Below, one piece after another: positions 51,491 to 60,845 of a stretch of DNA of 64,000 nucleotides. Position numbers and translations under genes: made by a program. The notes below the pieces were generated by a model that did not search any database, was not told the origin of the DNA, and worked only from the letters and a program-made list of their open reading frames with translations. The DNA is from Escherichia phage vB_EcoP_PE006. The first letter of the stretch is position 1, and every line of letters starts with the position of its first letter. The stretch is from sequence record OQ938541.1. One strand, written 5' to 3'.

Positions 51491-52594
51491 TTACAGCGCT
51501 TGCTCTAACTGATTTTCCAGATGATCTGGAATGTACCCTGTGATATTGCTATCGCTGTGACCTGACTCACGCAGTAAGTCAAAGATAGCACGGATACGTT
51601 GTTCTGGAGCGTGTCTTACTTGAGACAGGTCAGTTGTACGAAGCATAACCAGAATCTCTTGGTATAAGTTGTTAGCGTTCCCTCGGATATACCCAAGGAA
51701 TCCGTAGAAGTCTGACATATAACGTAAGTCAACAAGAACATCTCCGTTGGAGTTGGTTCGACGTAAACGAATACGACCAGACTGCTCTACTCCATGAGAA
51801 CGACAATACAAAACATCACGGGCCATACAATACCCTGAATGCAAATCCGATTCGTCCAGATTGTAATCCAGAGGAAGGTAAGTAAGCATTGGGGCAAATC
51901 GTACAGTATTTAAATGCTCAATAAACTGATCATTGCTCATCTCTGCGTTATCTAATGCAAGCTTCTTCAACATCAAGAAGCGGTTAACCAGATTGAGAAG
52001 TTGACCACGTTTCCACTTAGGCTCACTGATACGGAACTCAATCGAACCATATTGGGCAAGTGGCAGAAGGTTCAGAGATGTATACTTATCCCATGAACGA
52101 ACCAGACGGTTGAAGAACTCTTCATCGTCGTAGTTAAATGCGTCAGAGGCATTCATTACCTGTGCTTGTACCACTGCGAAAGCAGGGCAGAAGTTGCTAC
52201 GGTAACGATGGTAGCCTGAACACTTGAACAACATCTTTTCATAGAAGGTCCAAGCGAGAATGGTTTTCTTGAGGATATTACTATCAGCATCCCTCATATC
52301 CATATGAACGTGAGTAGAGCAACGCCAAGTCCCCTCGGCGTGCGATTCAGCTACTGCTTCACTCAGGTTGTTGATAGCGTCTAACAACTCCTGTCCGTTG
52401 TAAGGTCGTGAACATACCATTTCACAACCATTACGCAGGGAACCATCCTCTGTACAATCCCACATATCTACTTCGATATGATCGGAACCTTCGAGTTCAA
52501 GTTCAATACCGACACCGCACTGAAGTGCAATTGAACTATGCGCCTCAGTTAAACGACCTTCTCGATATCCAAAAGTTTGCGCTACAGTTGTCAT
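51491..52594 (-). CDS. GS-like amidoligase (Amidoligase_2-type), paralog 1
   Basis: N-terminal GVGIELELEG and STHVHMD motifs; gene neighbourhood with Gn-AT-like and AIG2-like genes. Confidence 0.5.
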   Translation of the reverse strand: MTTVAQTFGYREGRLTEAHSSIALQCGVGIELELEGSDHIEVDMWDCTEDGSLRNGCEMVCSRPYNGQELLDAINNLSEAVAESHAEGTWRCSTHVHMDMRDADSNILKKTILAWTFYEKMLFKCSGYHRYRSNFCPAFAVVQAQVMNASDAFNYDDEEFFNRLVRSWDKYTSLNLLPLAQYGSIEFRISEPKWKRGQLLNLVNRFLMLKKLALDNAEMSNDQFIEHLNTVRFAPMLTYLPLDYNLDESDLHSGYCMARDVLYCRSHGVEQSGRIRLRRTNSNGDVLVDLRYMSDFYGFLGYIRGNANNLYQEILVMLRTTDLSQVRHAPEQRIRAIFDLLRESGHSDSNITGYIPDHLENQLEQAL

Positions 52595-53208
52595 AACGAA
52601 TCCACCAACGTAATATTGTAATTGCTAAGGTTTTCAGAAATGTGATGAAAGTGTTCCAGAAGTCGCATCGGTTGCTGACCGTAAGAGTCACGAGGCGCTT
52701 CCAGATCTACTTGTCCTACCAGTGCACCTTTATAATGCACCTTACCATCAGTAGGGTTGATGTAAATATAACGAGTGACCAATCCTTCGAATTCAGGATT
52801 GAACAGACTGTAAACCATCTCCCCGGAGATAGCACGACCAACACCCGGAGCATTTCGAATCTTGTTACCCATCAAACCCTTTGCTCTCTGACGAACAGGG
52901 TTAATATGAGTCCAGCTTACAGTGTTACCGTTATGGAACAGATAACCAACATCAGGTGATTCAAGAATCAAGGTTGGGTCGAACACTGGAATGTTCATCA
53001 CAGTGTTTCGAAGATTCCCTTGCTCGTTCTTGTACCACTGCTCTACAACAAAGTACAGAGCCTGTTCTGCTTCGTGAGAGAAGTCATCACTGCGGAAGTT
53101 ACCGCTCTGCTCAACACCAATCACAAAACACGGAAGGTTGATATTACCTGCTCGTTTAGCAATCCATGTACCATTATAGTAATGAGAAAAATCAGCTACT
53201 AAGCTCAC
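52591..53208 (-). CDS. hypothetical protein
   Basis: 205-aa ORF inside the amidoligase block. Confidence 0.4.
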   Translation of the reverse strand: MSLVADFSHYYNGTWIAKRAGNINLPCFVIGVEQSGNFRSDDFSHEAEQALYFVVEQWYKNEQGNLRNTVMNIPVFDPTLILESPDVGYLFHNGNTVSWTHINPVRQRAKGLMGNKIRNAPGVGRAISGEMVYSLFNPEFEGLVTRYIYINPTDGKVHYKGALVGQVDLEAPRDSYGQQPMRLLEHFHHISENLSNYNITLVDSL

Positions 53209-53217
53209 GATAACCTC

Positions 53218-54027
53218 TTATGCTACCTGAAGGAGTTTGATCTGCTGGTCCGCTTCTTTAACGTTATTGCCGTTAATGATTTCATGAAGCTTCTCAATAG
53301 GAAGGCGAGAGTGTAATGCCATCAGAGTGGACATATCACACTGCTGAACAACTTTGTCAACCTGATCATAAACAAACTTACGATTTTCACGATCACTAAT
53401 CCAGAAGTTAGACAGTGAACGATATTCAATACCATAATCTTTATAACGGATTGCAGATGCTTTACCGTAGAGTTCTTTACGGCGAGTATCTTTATCCATA
53501 ATAACTGCTGGAAGGGACAGGAAGTAGTCACACAGCACACCCAACATCATCTGAGTTTGCAGGGTGATATCCAAAGCACCAACTACGCCAAGATGTACGT
53601 GACCACCGGCAGTACGAAGTCCCTTATTCTGAGAAGTCGGGGATGGATTCTTCTGACCAGTGAAAGCGTTGAAATCAGGAGTACACCCGAAGATGAACGC
53701 TGATTCGTTGAAAGTCTTCATCTCTTCTTCAGTGAAGATGTGAGAGCTAACACCCGGAGCTGTTTCCATGTCCAGTTTGTTCAGGACATTGTTGGTGAGA
53801 TCGATACCACGTTGCATGTTATCGTTAAACGCGTCAAAGCCGCTCTGTGGGTCGATATCAAACTCAGCCAGTACGTTGTCCTCTTGAAGACGAACATCCT
53901 TAGCCAGAGTGATCTTATCGTCCTTAGAACAACCTAACAGACCAGCTACAGAGGTGATGATGCCATTGCTGGTACGAACGAACATTTCGGGATCCGATCC
54001 TATTAAGAATTTACGTTTAGTAGTCAT
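53218..54027 (-). CDS. GS-like amidoligase-like protein, paralog 2 (tentative)
   Basis: N-terminal LIGSDPEMF and TAGGHVHLG echo the motifs of 51491-52594. Confidence 0.4.
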   Translation of the reverse strand: MTTKRKFLIGSDPEMFVRTSNGIITSVAGLLGCSKDDKITLAKDVRLQEDNVLAEFDIDPQSGFDAFNDNMQRGIDLTNNVLNKLDMETAPGVSSHIFTEEEMKTFNESAFIFGCTPDFNAFTGQKNPSPTSQNKGLRTAGGHVHLGVVGALDITLQTQMMLGVLCDYFLSLPAVIMDKDTRRKELYGKASAIRYKDYGIEYRSLSNFWISDRENRKFVYDQVDKVVQQCDMSTLMALHSRLPIEKLHEIINGNNVKEADQQIKLLQVA

Positions 54028-54494
54028 GCTTTAGTCCAACCTTTATGAGATAGATAGTTTTTAAATCTGCCACTGTGCACAGCGCCCATGTGACTCTGAT
54101 GTAAGTTGTTGTTTCTACAGAACTCGCCAAGATTGTATATTGTTACAACCTCGCCATCTGGAGATCTAAACTTCCAAAATCTAGCATTCCCTTTCACAGC
54201 GTTCTCTTTGCTGGTCAGAAGTTGGAAATTACTTGGATGGTTATTAAGTTTGTCACCATCAATATGATCAACTGTCATGCCCTCCGGGATAGGCCCAATA
54301 AACAATTCATACATTAATCTATGTAGAGAAAAGTTTCTTGTTATCTTTTCAGGAGCCTGAACTGTTGTAAACTTAAGATAACCATCTTTATCAGGAAACA
54401 GTTTCCTCTGTTTCCCTGTTCTTGCATGGAATATACTACCGTCTTCGAACACCAAGAAGGTAGCAACTCCGACTACTAACTCCCTAAATTCCAT
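54024..54494 (-). CDS. free-standing HNH homing endonuclease
   Basis: VDHIDGDKLNNHPSNFQLLTSKEN HNH core; 4-nt overlap with the downstream start. Confidence 0.7.
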   Translation of the reverse strand: MEFRELVVGVATFLVFEDGSIFHARTGKQRKLFPDKDGYLKFTTVQAPEKITRNFSLHRLMYELFIGPIPEGMTVDHIDGDKLNNHPSNFQLLTSKENAVKGNARFWKFRSPDGEVVTIYNLGEFCRNNNLHQSHMGAVHSGRFKNYLSHKGWTKA

Positions 54495-54518
54495 AGAGAG
54501 CCGATAAGGAATTTGCGC

Positions 54519-55490
54519 TTAGTCATTGTAATACTCCACTAGTTCAGAAAAGAGAGATGAGATTGTGTTACCAACTTCTCCAGTAGTAAGGCCAGAGCTT
54601 GGGCCAGTACGCTGAATTAGTCGGGCTGTAAAGTTTTGTACTGTAATGTTTTCCAACTTATTGTCTATTGCTTCACGTTTGTGACCATGACAGTTGGACC
54701 AGAGTCTTAACCACTCTGACATTGTTTGATACTCGTCCGGGTCTTGATCTTTAGCACGAGCAAATCTTCGTAAGGCATCTTGGTTGTGGTTACGAACATA
54801 ACCATGCCCATTATCGCCAACACCGAAGGGGTTTTGAACCCACACCTGATCTGTATACTCATCAGAGTCTACAACCAAAGGTAAGAATGCTGCTGCTGAC
54901 ATGTCACCATTAATGGCAACAGATGTACTTTCACTTGAGCTGTTAGCTCTTCCTCGTTGAGACCACCCACCGAAGAAGTCACGACCTAACCCAGCTAACA
55001 CTAGAGCGATGCCGATTCGTTTACGCTTCAGCCACTCTTCCCTGTCTTCAATTCCTTCTGCTAGGAAATCCATTCCACGATACTGCCCTTCCAGGATACT
55101 ACGGAAAAGCATAAGTCCTGTGAAGATTTGATCTGCTGGATGCTCACGGAGGTTGACAGCTACACTATTCGCTGAAGTGATTGTAAATACATCACGATAG
55201 CAAGACATAGAGTTCATAATGTCTGCTGTTTCAACCAAGTTCTTTTCAATTTCAGATGGAACATGACCGTGAAAAGAGTGAGTCCAGTAATTCAACATCT
55301 CCAATTGCAAGTTGATATCACGGTTGAAGCGTCTATAACGCCCCTCTTCAGTGATAACTTCACCATTAATATCATTTACACACTGGCCTTGCATATAGTT
55401 GTGGATACCGAAGCACCCACGACCTAAGAACTTCTGTTCCCCTAAATCTTGTTGAAGATTCAGAGGTACGATCGTTGTGGAGATTGACAT
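54519..55490 (-). CDS. hypothetical protein
   Basis: 323-aa ORF, no motif recognised. Confidence 0.4.
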   Translation of the reverse strand: MSISTTIVPLNLQQDLGEQKFLGRGCFGIHNYMQGQCVNDINGEVITEEGRYRRFNRDINLQLEMLNYWTHSFHGHVPSEIEKNLVETADIMNSMSCYRDVFTITSANSVAVNLREHPADQIFTGLMLFRSILEGQYRGMDFLAEGIEDREEWLKRKRIGIALVLAGLGRDFFGGWSQRGRANSSSESTSVAINGDMSAAAFLPLVVDSDEYTDQVWVQNPFGVGDNGHGYVRNHNQDALRRFARAKDQDPDEYQTMSEWLRLWSNCHGHKREAIDNKLENITVQNFTARLIQRTGPSSGLTTGEVGNTISSLFSELVEYYND

Positions 55491-55500
55491 AACTAACCTT

Positions 55501-56694
55501 TTATTTTCCTAAAAATAATCCGCTCATAATACCATCCCACTCAGAGGATGGAATCACTGAATACACTGAACTTTGGTCCATAGTTCCACTACTAAATCGC
55601 TGAACAATGTTATAAATGTTGAACAGATCTTTAGTCTCAGCACGGATGCCGTAGATTAGACTATTAGCTGTTCTCTCATCTTTAGATACGCGACGGGTAA
55701 AGTTAATCAGAAGGTTGTCACATTTCAGGATTTCTGATTCATTCTCTACTAAATCAGGGTGCATCACCGGCAAGAACATCGAGTTATTAACTCGTAATTC
55801 TGCTGTTTCATCATTCTCGTAATGAATCCACTTAAAGTCTTCATCACGGAAGTGACCGCATCCATCTCTGTATGACTGTTGACGCCAAGGCACTTGAAAT
55901 GCTTCAGCATATTTATCAGCCATACCAACCGTAAACAACGACGCTGGGAAGATACAAGCATCCCAATCATTACCAACAAGAGTAGCTTTCGTTTCACCCA
56001 AGAGGTTAGTGTAAGTGCTAACCATTCGTGAGTAAACGTAAGCCTGAAGAATTGTCCAGCCTTCAACCAACCATTTATGAAGGAAGGTTTCAACTTGACT
56101 CTCTTCATCATCACAATAGAAGGTTCGATCTAACATTAAATAGAACAGACAACGATCAGCAGGAACATTCTCAGTTGCTACACCCATAAAACCTTTTTCG
56201 TGCCAGCGTAAACAGGAGGGACGATCTTTGTCCACAAATGCTTCCATAGCTTCCAGTACAGCACGAGGTGAGGTTTGATACTCAGGGTTTTTATCATTCC
56301 AGTGCTCAATGTTATTTTTAAGCTCGCCTTCGTGATCAATTGCACCCCAACATAAATCTGCGGATACAGGTTTTTCATCACGCCATCGTCTAAAACCTAA
56401 CATCTTCATGTGAGTTCCGGAGTTCCAGATATGCTTGATTTTACACATATCCATCTCTCGGCTTAACAGGAACTCTTCCCCATCAGCACTACGAACGTTA
56501 GCTTCTTCATGCCACACTCGAACGTGCATATTCCATCCATGAGTTGCCTCATACATGTTAGGGTCGAAGTATTCATCTTCGTAATCATCTTCATCAACGC
56601 CACCATTATAGTTGCGAAGCTGAAGGAACCCATAACAAGGAGGGTGGACCGTTAAAACATTACCTTCAGTATCTTCTAATGTTACTGGAAACAT
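55501..56694 (-). CDS. hypothetical protein
   Basis: 397-aa ORF, W/D/E-rich, no motif recognised. Confidence 0.4.
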   Translation of the reverse strand: MFPVTLEDTEGNVLTVHPPCYGFLQLRNYNGGVDEDDYEDEYFDPNMYEATHGWNMHVRVWHEEANVRSADGEEFLLSREMDMCKIKHIWNSGTHMKMLGFRRWRDEKPVSADLCWGAIDHEGELKNNIEHWNDKNPEYQTSPRAVLEAMEAFVDKDRPSCLRWHEKGFMGVATENVPADRCLFYLMLDRTFYCDDEESQVETFLHKWLVEGWTILQAYVYSRMVSTYTNLLGETKATLVGNDWDACIFPASLFTVGMADKYAEAFQVPWRQQSYRDGCGHFRDEDFKWIHYENDETAELRVNNSMFLPVMHPDLVENESEILKCDNLLINFTRRVSKDERTANSLIYGIRAETKDLFNIYNIVQRFSSGTMDQSSVYSVIPSSEWDGIMSGLFLGK

Positions 56695-56705
56695 TATACC
56701 AACCT

Positions 56706-57068
56706 CTATTGGTTTTTAATCAACTCAATCGACTTACGGATATAAAGAATATCTCGGAAGTTTCGATAGTTGTTCATAAATTGGTGCTTCTGGAAAGTAG
56801 CTTCTTCCAGAGCTTTCTTTGCTTCTGCGTAGTTTTTACGGGCAAGATGTACAACCCGCTCTGGTAACACATTTGCACGACGGATGATATACTTGTGAGC
56901 TTTCATGTTGCTTTGCTCACGAGCAATCTTACCTTTAGCAACTTTGATACCATTTGCAATCCAAGCAAGTTCTTGCTCAAGATCCTCGTTGGACATTCCA
57001 CCGAGATTTGATGCAACCTTGTTCAGAGTTTCAATATTAACGTTGCCCTTGATGGGACGTGTATTCAT
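56706..57068 (-). CDS. hypothetical protein
   Basis: 120-aa ORF; first sizeable gene after the 57.25 kb terminator. Confidence 0.4.
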   Translation of the reverse strand: MNTRPIKGNVNIETLNKVASNLGGMSNEDLEQELAWIANGIKVAKGKIAREQSNMKAHKYIIRRANVLPERVVHLARKNYAEAKKALEEATFQKHQFMNNYRNFRDILYIRKSIELIKNQ

Positions 57069-57070
57069 AC

Positions 57071-57223
57071 TTACTCCTGTTGTTTACACTCGTCAATAAC
57101 CCACTGATAAGTGGATTGCCCAGAAAAGAAACACTGAATAAATCCAGATGTTCTCTGCGTTACCAGTGCTAGTGCACAAATCACTACCGCCGCTGCTAGC
57201 AGTTTTAAATCTAATTTAGACAT
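57071..57223 (-). CDS. small membrane protein
   Basis: 50-aa ORF MSKLDLKLLAAAVVICALALVTQ... with GAGAGG SD; stop overlaps the next SD. Confidence 0.3.
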   Translation of the reverse strand: MSKLDLKLLAAAVVICALALVTQRTSGFIQCFFSGQSTYQWVIDECKQQE

Positions 57224-57240
57224 ATTTCCTCTCATTGAAT

Positions 57241-57267
57241 TTAAAAAAGGACTCTCCGAAAAGAGTC
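57241..57267 (-). terminator. rho-independent terminator (- strand)
   Basis: - strand GACUCU-UUUCGG-AGAGUC followed by CUUUUUUAA. Confidence 0.5.
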
Positions 57268-57424
57268 AAGCTTTAAATCCAAAAAAAGATATTACCCAAT
57301 ATCTGTGGATAACCTGCTCTTAAAATATCTATCCGACGGATGTTTGAGGAACACTCCTCGCCCTAGCATCGGCCCCATACGGGAAATATATTAAGATTAG
57401 GTTAGTTGAGTCAGAATAACTCAC

Positions 57425-57448
57425 ATAGCCCTCCGGAGGGAAGGCTAT
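57425..57448 (-). repeat. conserved intergenic hairpin module, copy 1
   Basis: ATAGCC ... GGCTAT stem followed by GTGAG on the - strand; GTGTTCCTCA and AACATCCG blocks nearby; same blocks at 62279-62323. Confidence 0.4.
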
Positions 57449-57462
57449 AGGCGTTACTACAA

Positions 57463-57681
57463 CTAAAAATCACCTGATTTTACAAAATCATCACTAAGAA
57501 TTTCGTCAATCTCTTTGCTAGTCAAATCTTTCCTGAACCAGCAACAAGGAACATTCACCCATTGACCAGAGTTATTCTCTACAGAGCACAGATTCCCTGT
57601 CTTACTCTTGCATTTATAGGATTTTCCTTTATCTAGACGATAGTGTAATCTGTAAACGACAGACACAAGTGTTATCATCAC
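57463..57681 (-). CDS. hypothetical protein
   Basis: 72-aa ORF. Confidence 0.35.
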   Translation of the reverse strand: MMITLVSVVYRLHYRLDKGKSYKCKSKTGNLCSVENNSGQWVNVPCCWFRKDLTSKEIDEILSDDFVKSGDF

Positions 57682-57911
57682 TCACCTTTCTTGGCACGAT
57701 CTTTGGCAGTTTTGCCAGTGCGGATACGATGGGAAACGTTAACCAAAGTGCCACCATCAACTACGGTAACGCTCTTATTTTTAGCCAGATCAAACACGGT
57801 CTTCTCTGTGCCACCCAAGCGAATTTGCTTAGGCTCGCTGAAGGTTTGGGTTGATTTGGATTGGAACTGGAACGGTTGACGGATTGCATCAATTGCACTT
57901 ACTTTAGACAT
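57678..57911 (-). CDS. hypothetical protein
   Basis: 77-aa ORF; AAGGAA SD preceded by a hairpin plus U-tract. Confidence 0.35.
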   Translation of the reverse strand: MSKVSAIDAIRQPFQFQSKSTQTFSEPKQIRLGGTEKTVFDLAKNKSVTVVDGGTLVNVSHRIRTGKTAKDRAKKGE

Positions 57912-58142
57912 AGGGGAAATTCCTTAAAAAGTTATGGCTGCGTAGAGGGAATTCCCTACGCAAATTGGGCCGCCCACAGAGAGGCGTCATAGTACTAAAA
58001 GGAGGAGAGAAGAGGGCTTATTTAGCTACCTTTTTCTGTCCATTTACGAACCAGATAATTGAACCATCAGGCTGTCGTTGACCGAAGCCTTTCTGGTTAA
58101 TCATATCGTCATAAGAATATGCTTTACGTCTCATTTATTTTC

Positions 58143-58385
58143 CTATGGAGTTAAGATAATTTCAGCCTTACTAAACTTCTCACCAACTTCAAGAGTGTCA
58201 GCAACAGGACGGGGCACACCTGTACCCAAACAAACAGCTCTTCGATACCCTCCAGTCACAGGCATCATCAAATAGATGATCTGATTATCATCTTCTTTTA
58301 AAGTGAAGATATCAGCGATCGATAGATCTTTAACAAAGAGTTTCTTTTCTTCTTCATGATGAACTTTGATATGTATTGTGCTCAT
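58143..58385 (-). CDS. hypothetical small protein
   Basis: 80-aa ORF. Confidence 0.35.
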   Translation of the reverse strand: MSTIHIKVHHEEEKKLFVKDLSIADIFTLKEDDNQIIYLMMPVTGGYRRAVCLGTGVPRPVADTLEVGEKFSKAEIILTP

Positions 58386-58387
58386 AC

Positions 58388-58624
58388 CTACTCCTGAACA
58401 ACTGACATACGAATCATTTCAACCTGATCATCAAGGCTCTTAACAGATAGCACACCTGTGGAAAGGTTTACCACAGGAACCCAACCCCTGGCTATACCAG
58501 AGGCATTTTCAACCCTCATATAATACTGAGGGGAGGCACTTCCGTGCTGAATCACGAAAGGGTTTCCGGGAATGATTGTTTCCAATCGTACCGTATTATC
58601 CTTTTTCTTAGGGATAATCTTCAT
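58388..58624 (-). CDS. hypothetical small protein
   Basis: 78-aa ORF. Confidence 0.35.
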   Translation of the reverse strand: MKIIPKKKDNTVRLETIIPGNPFVIQHGSASPQYYMRVENASGIARGWVPVVNLSTGVLSVKSLDDQVEMIRMSVVQE

Positions 58625-58632
58625 ATTGATTC

Positions 58633-58944
58633 CTATTTAAGTTTGAGGCTAATGTTAAGGTGCATACATGCCCTGTTCTGTACAGCAGCATAGCTTCTAC
58701 CGAGCATGTCAGCCATTCTCTGAATGGACATGAACCCAGCGTTACGGATAAGGAACTGGTCTTCTTCTTTAGACCATTTAACTCGGATTGCAGCTCTTGA
58801 TATACCAAACTTAGTGCAAGCTGTATTAACTGCATTCTCCGTTACATTCATAATCTGAGCAACCTCTTGAACAGAGTACTCTTTGATTAGTCTCCGAAGA
58901 TTTTCAATCTGCATCGGAGTCCATATAGTTCTTCGAGCTTTCAT
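58633..58944 (-). CDS. putative DNA-binding protein with two helix-turn-helix-like repeats
   Basis: Two repeats of W...E.L..L.......IA..M... type (WTPMQIENLRRLIKEYSVQEVAQIM / WSKEEDQFLIRNAGFMSIQRMADML). Confidence 0.4.
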   Translation of the reverse strand: MKARRTIWTPMQIENLRRLIKEYSVQEVAQIMNVTENAVNTACTKFGISRAAIRVKWSKEEDQFLIRNAGFMSIQRMADMLGRSYAAVQNRACMHLNISLKLK

Positions 58945-59235
58945 ACATCCTCCAATTAAACATTTATATAAGACTTGCTTAGATAAAGATTCAATAAAAT
59001 AGGGGGAGGGGACGAATCCTCCCTTATCCTATTAATTAATATTGCATGTAAGATCTAACAATCGGTTGCCTTTGTAGGAATAAGCGTTATGCCAATCCAG
59101 CACTAAACTCCCGCCCCCTTAGTGGGCTGGGTTATTAAAGGGTAACGCCCTTATGGGCTAGTTACATGAATGTTAGTTTGATAGGAGATCTGAAGTCCTA
59201 TCTCAAAGGACTCTCGTAAGAATCCTTCACGATAG

Positions 59236-59427
59236 TCACCCTTTATAGGTGGTACAGATTAATGTTGCATGTCTTTGGTTATACAGTTCGAAGTAACGAG
59301 GCTTGCTCCAGTCTCTGTCTCTGGTAAATGATTGAAGGATGAAGTGTCTGTCACATCCAAGCCACTCAGAAACATCCATCGCTAGACGTATAGGAGAACC
59401 TCTGAACTCTCTTCGCTCCATAGCCAC
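59236..59427 (-). CDS. hypothetical protein
   Basis: 63-aa ORF. Confidence 0.3.
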   Translation of the reverse strand: MAMERREFRGSPIRLAMDVSEWLGCDRHFILQSFTRDRDWSKPRYFELYNQRHATLICTTYKG

Positions 59428-59576
59428 CCCTTAATATTACTTATTCATCTCTCGTCGGCTATCTCTCCAAGCCAACCAAGTGTAGGTTTTCAGCTCTTCA
59501 AAATCTTCTGGAGAGAATAGGTATTCTTTGAAGGTATCACCAAACCATTTTAAAAACTCTTCAGTCATAAAACCTC

Positions 59577-59750
59577 TTAACAAGATTGATCACAAGGCTG
59601 ATCTCCACATGTTTTACAGATCACTGGTGAATAACTACAGGCAGGATATACTGACACGCCATCAAACGTTTCGCACCCACAGTCAGGGCATTCCCCGTTG
59701 GATTCCATGTCGTCATCGTCATATACTTCACCACCACCATAGCAGCTCAT
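59577..59750 (-). CDS. small Cys-rich (zinc-binding-like) acidic protein
   Basis: 57-aa ORF MSCYGGGEVYDDDDMESNGECPDCGCETFDG...CKTCGDQPCDQSC, not in the track (<60 aa). Confidence 0.35.
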   Translation of the reverse strand: MSCYGGGEVYDDDDMESNGECPDCGCETFDGVSVYPACSYSPVICKTCGDQPCDQSC

Positions 59751-59759
59751 ATGAACTCC

Positions 59760-59981
59760 TTAATAAACTAAACCTATAGCCTTTGCATCAGGCTGAGGGA
59801 CTACTTTTGCACTAGGGCGATAGCCATCCACTGAACCATTCCAAAGGTTGACACAGGTGATATACCCATCATTCAAGTAGTCTGTTTTAATCCAGAAGTG
59901 TTTATCATGACCAAAAATACTTCCGTTTGGCAGCGTGGATAGTTCAACAGTTTTAAGGGATTGTTTAGAATCTAATTTCAT
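59760..59981 (-). CDS. small protein (paralog of 62333-62551)
   Basis: GSIFGHDKHFWIKTDY ... NGSVDGYRPSAKVVPQPD aligns with DVFSYDKRFWLMLED ... SGSVEVFGLSTTVMPRPD. Confidence 0.4.
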   Translation of the reverse strand: MKLDSKQSLKTVELSTLPNGSIFGHDKHFWIKTDYLNDGYITCVNLWNGSVDGYRPSAKVVPQPDAKAIGLVY

Positions 59982-59990
59982 ATAAGTTCC

Positions 59991-60245
59991 TTAATATACC
60001 AAGCCATGTAAGAGAAACACTCTCTTAGTTAACTCTGCTTTAGCTCTGTAATAAGCCTTAGAACCTAACAGGCGGCGTTTAACAAAGAACTTAATGTCAT
60101 TGCTAACATCTTGTATTAAACGCTCCTGTACAGCTTCTGAGGAGCTATTAATCGAATCAATTAACACCTTTGTAGACGTGTAATTCATATTACCACTCCT
60201 TACCGGTTGTAATCGTAGAGCCACCACACCACAACGCTGTATCAA
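59991..60245 (-). CDS. hypothetical protein
   Basis: 84-aa ORF. Confidence 0.3.
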   Translation of the reverse strand: MIQRCGVVALRLQPVRSGNMNYTSTKVLIDSINSSSEAVQERLIQDVSNDIKFFVKRRLLGSKAYYRAKAELTKRVFLLHGLVY

Positions 60246-60495
60246 TCACAACATTGTCTGGTGTAGACTTCTCTTCGTTGATAGAAGGGTTAGCATTAGA
60301 GCAGGTTGCTCCGTTCCAGCGCATATCAATCTCACCAGAAGGAACCTTCTCACCTTTATGCCAGCGAGATACACAAATACCTTCCACTGCTACTGCACAC
60401 CATCCATCAGGACGGCTCTGTACACAGCCTGTAAGGGCCACACAGACGATGAAGATACATGTTAAGGATATTACACCACCCCAACTCATAACCAC
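60190..60495 (-). CDS. Cys-rich lipoprotein
   Basis: Signal peptide with LTGC lipobox (…IFIVCVALTGCVQ…), then a Cys-rich mature part. Confidence 0.45.
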   Translation of the reverse strand: MVMSWGGVISLTCIFIVCVALTGCVQSRPDGWCAVAVEGICVSRWHKGEKVPSGEIDMRWNGATCSNANPSINEEKSTPDNVVIDTALWCGGSTITTGKEW

Positions 60496-60529
60496 CTCCT
60501 ATACAATTGAGCTAACGGCGCAGAATTAT

Positions 60530-60837
60530 TTATAAGGAGAAAGACTTCTTACAATCCTTCTCTTCAAAAGTGTAGTAGCCTGTTGTATCAGGGAAGTAGG
60601 CATACTTTGTTTCTTTGCCATCAATAACCATGACACGATTACCAGAAGTTGTTTCTACAAACAGAAGCCCATCTCTTACTATACCATGAGATTCTTTGAT
60701 ACCAGTTAAGCTATGCTCTTTAAGAGTGCATTGCTGAACACTCTGATACTTAACTCCAATCTCTGCACTATTAACAGAGATGATACCAATGGTTGTCATT
60801 AGTAGTAAGGTTGAGATGATAAAATTCTTTTGTTTCA
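60530..60837 (-). CDS. secreted/periplasmic protein
   Basis: Likely GTG start at ~60837 giving (M)KQKNFIISTLLLMTTIGIISVNSA signal peptide; the 160-aa track ORF extends upstream over the neighbouring gene. Confidence 0.35.
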
Positions 60838-60845
60838 CATTAACC

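Noticed and set aside
58945-59235. tRNA gene in the structured intergenic region
   Set aside because: Several small hairpins but no cloverleaf with a GTTC T-loop and 7-bp acceptor stem found by eye; tRNAscan-SE would be needed.
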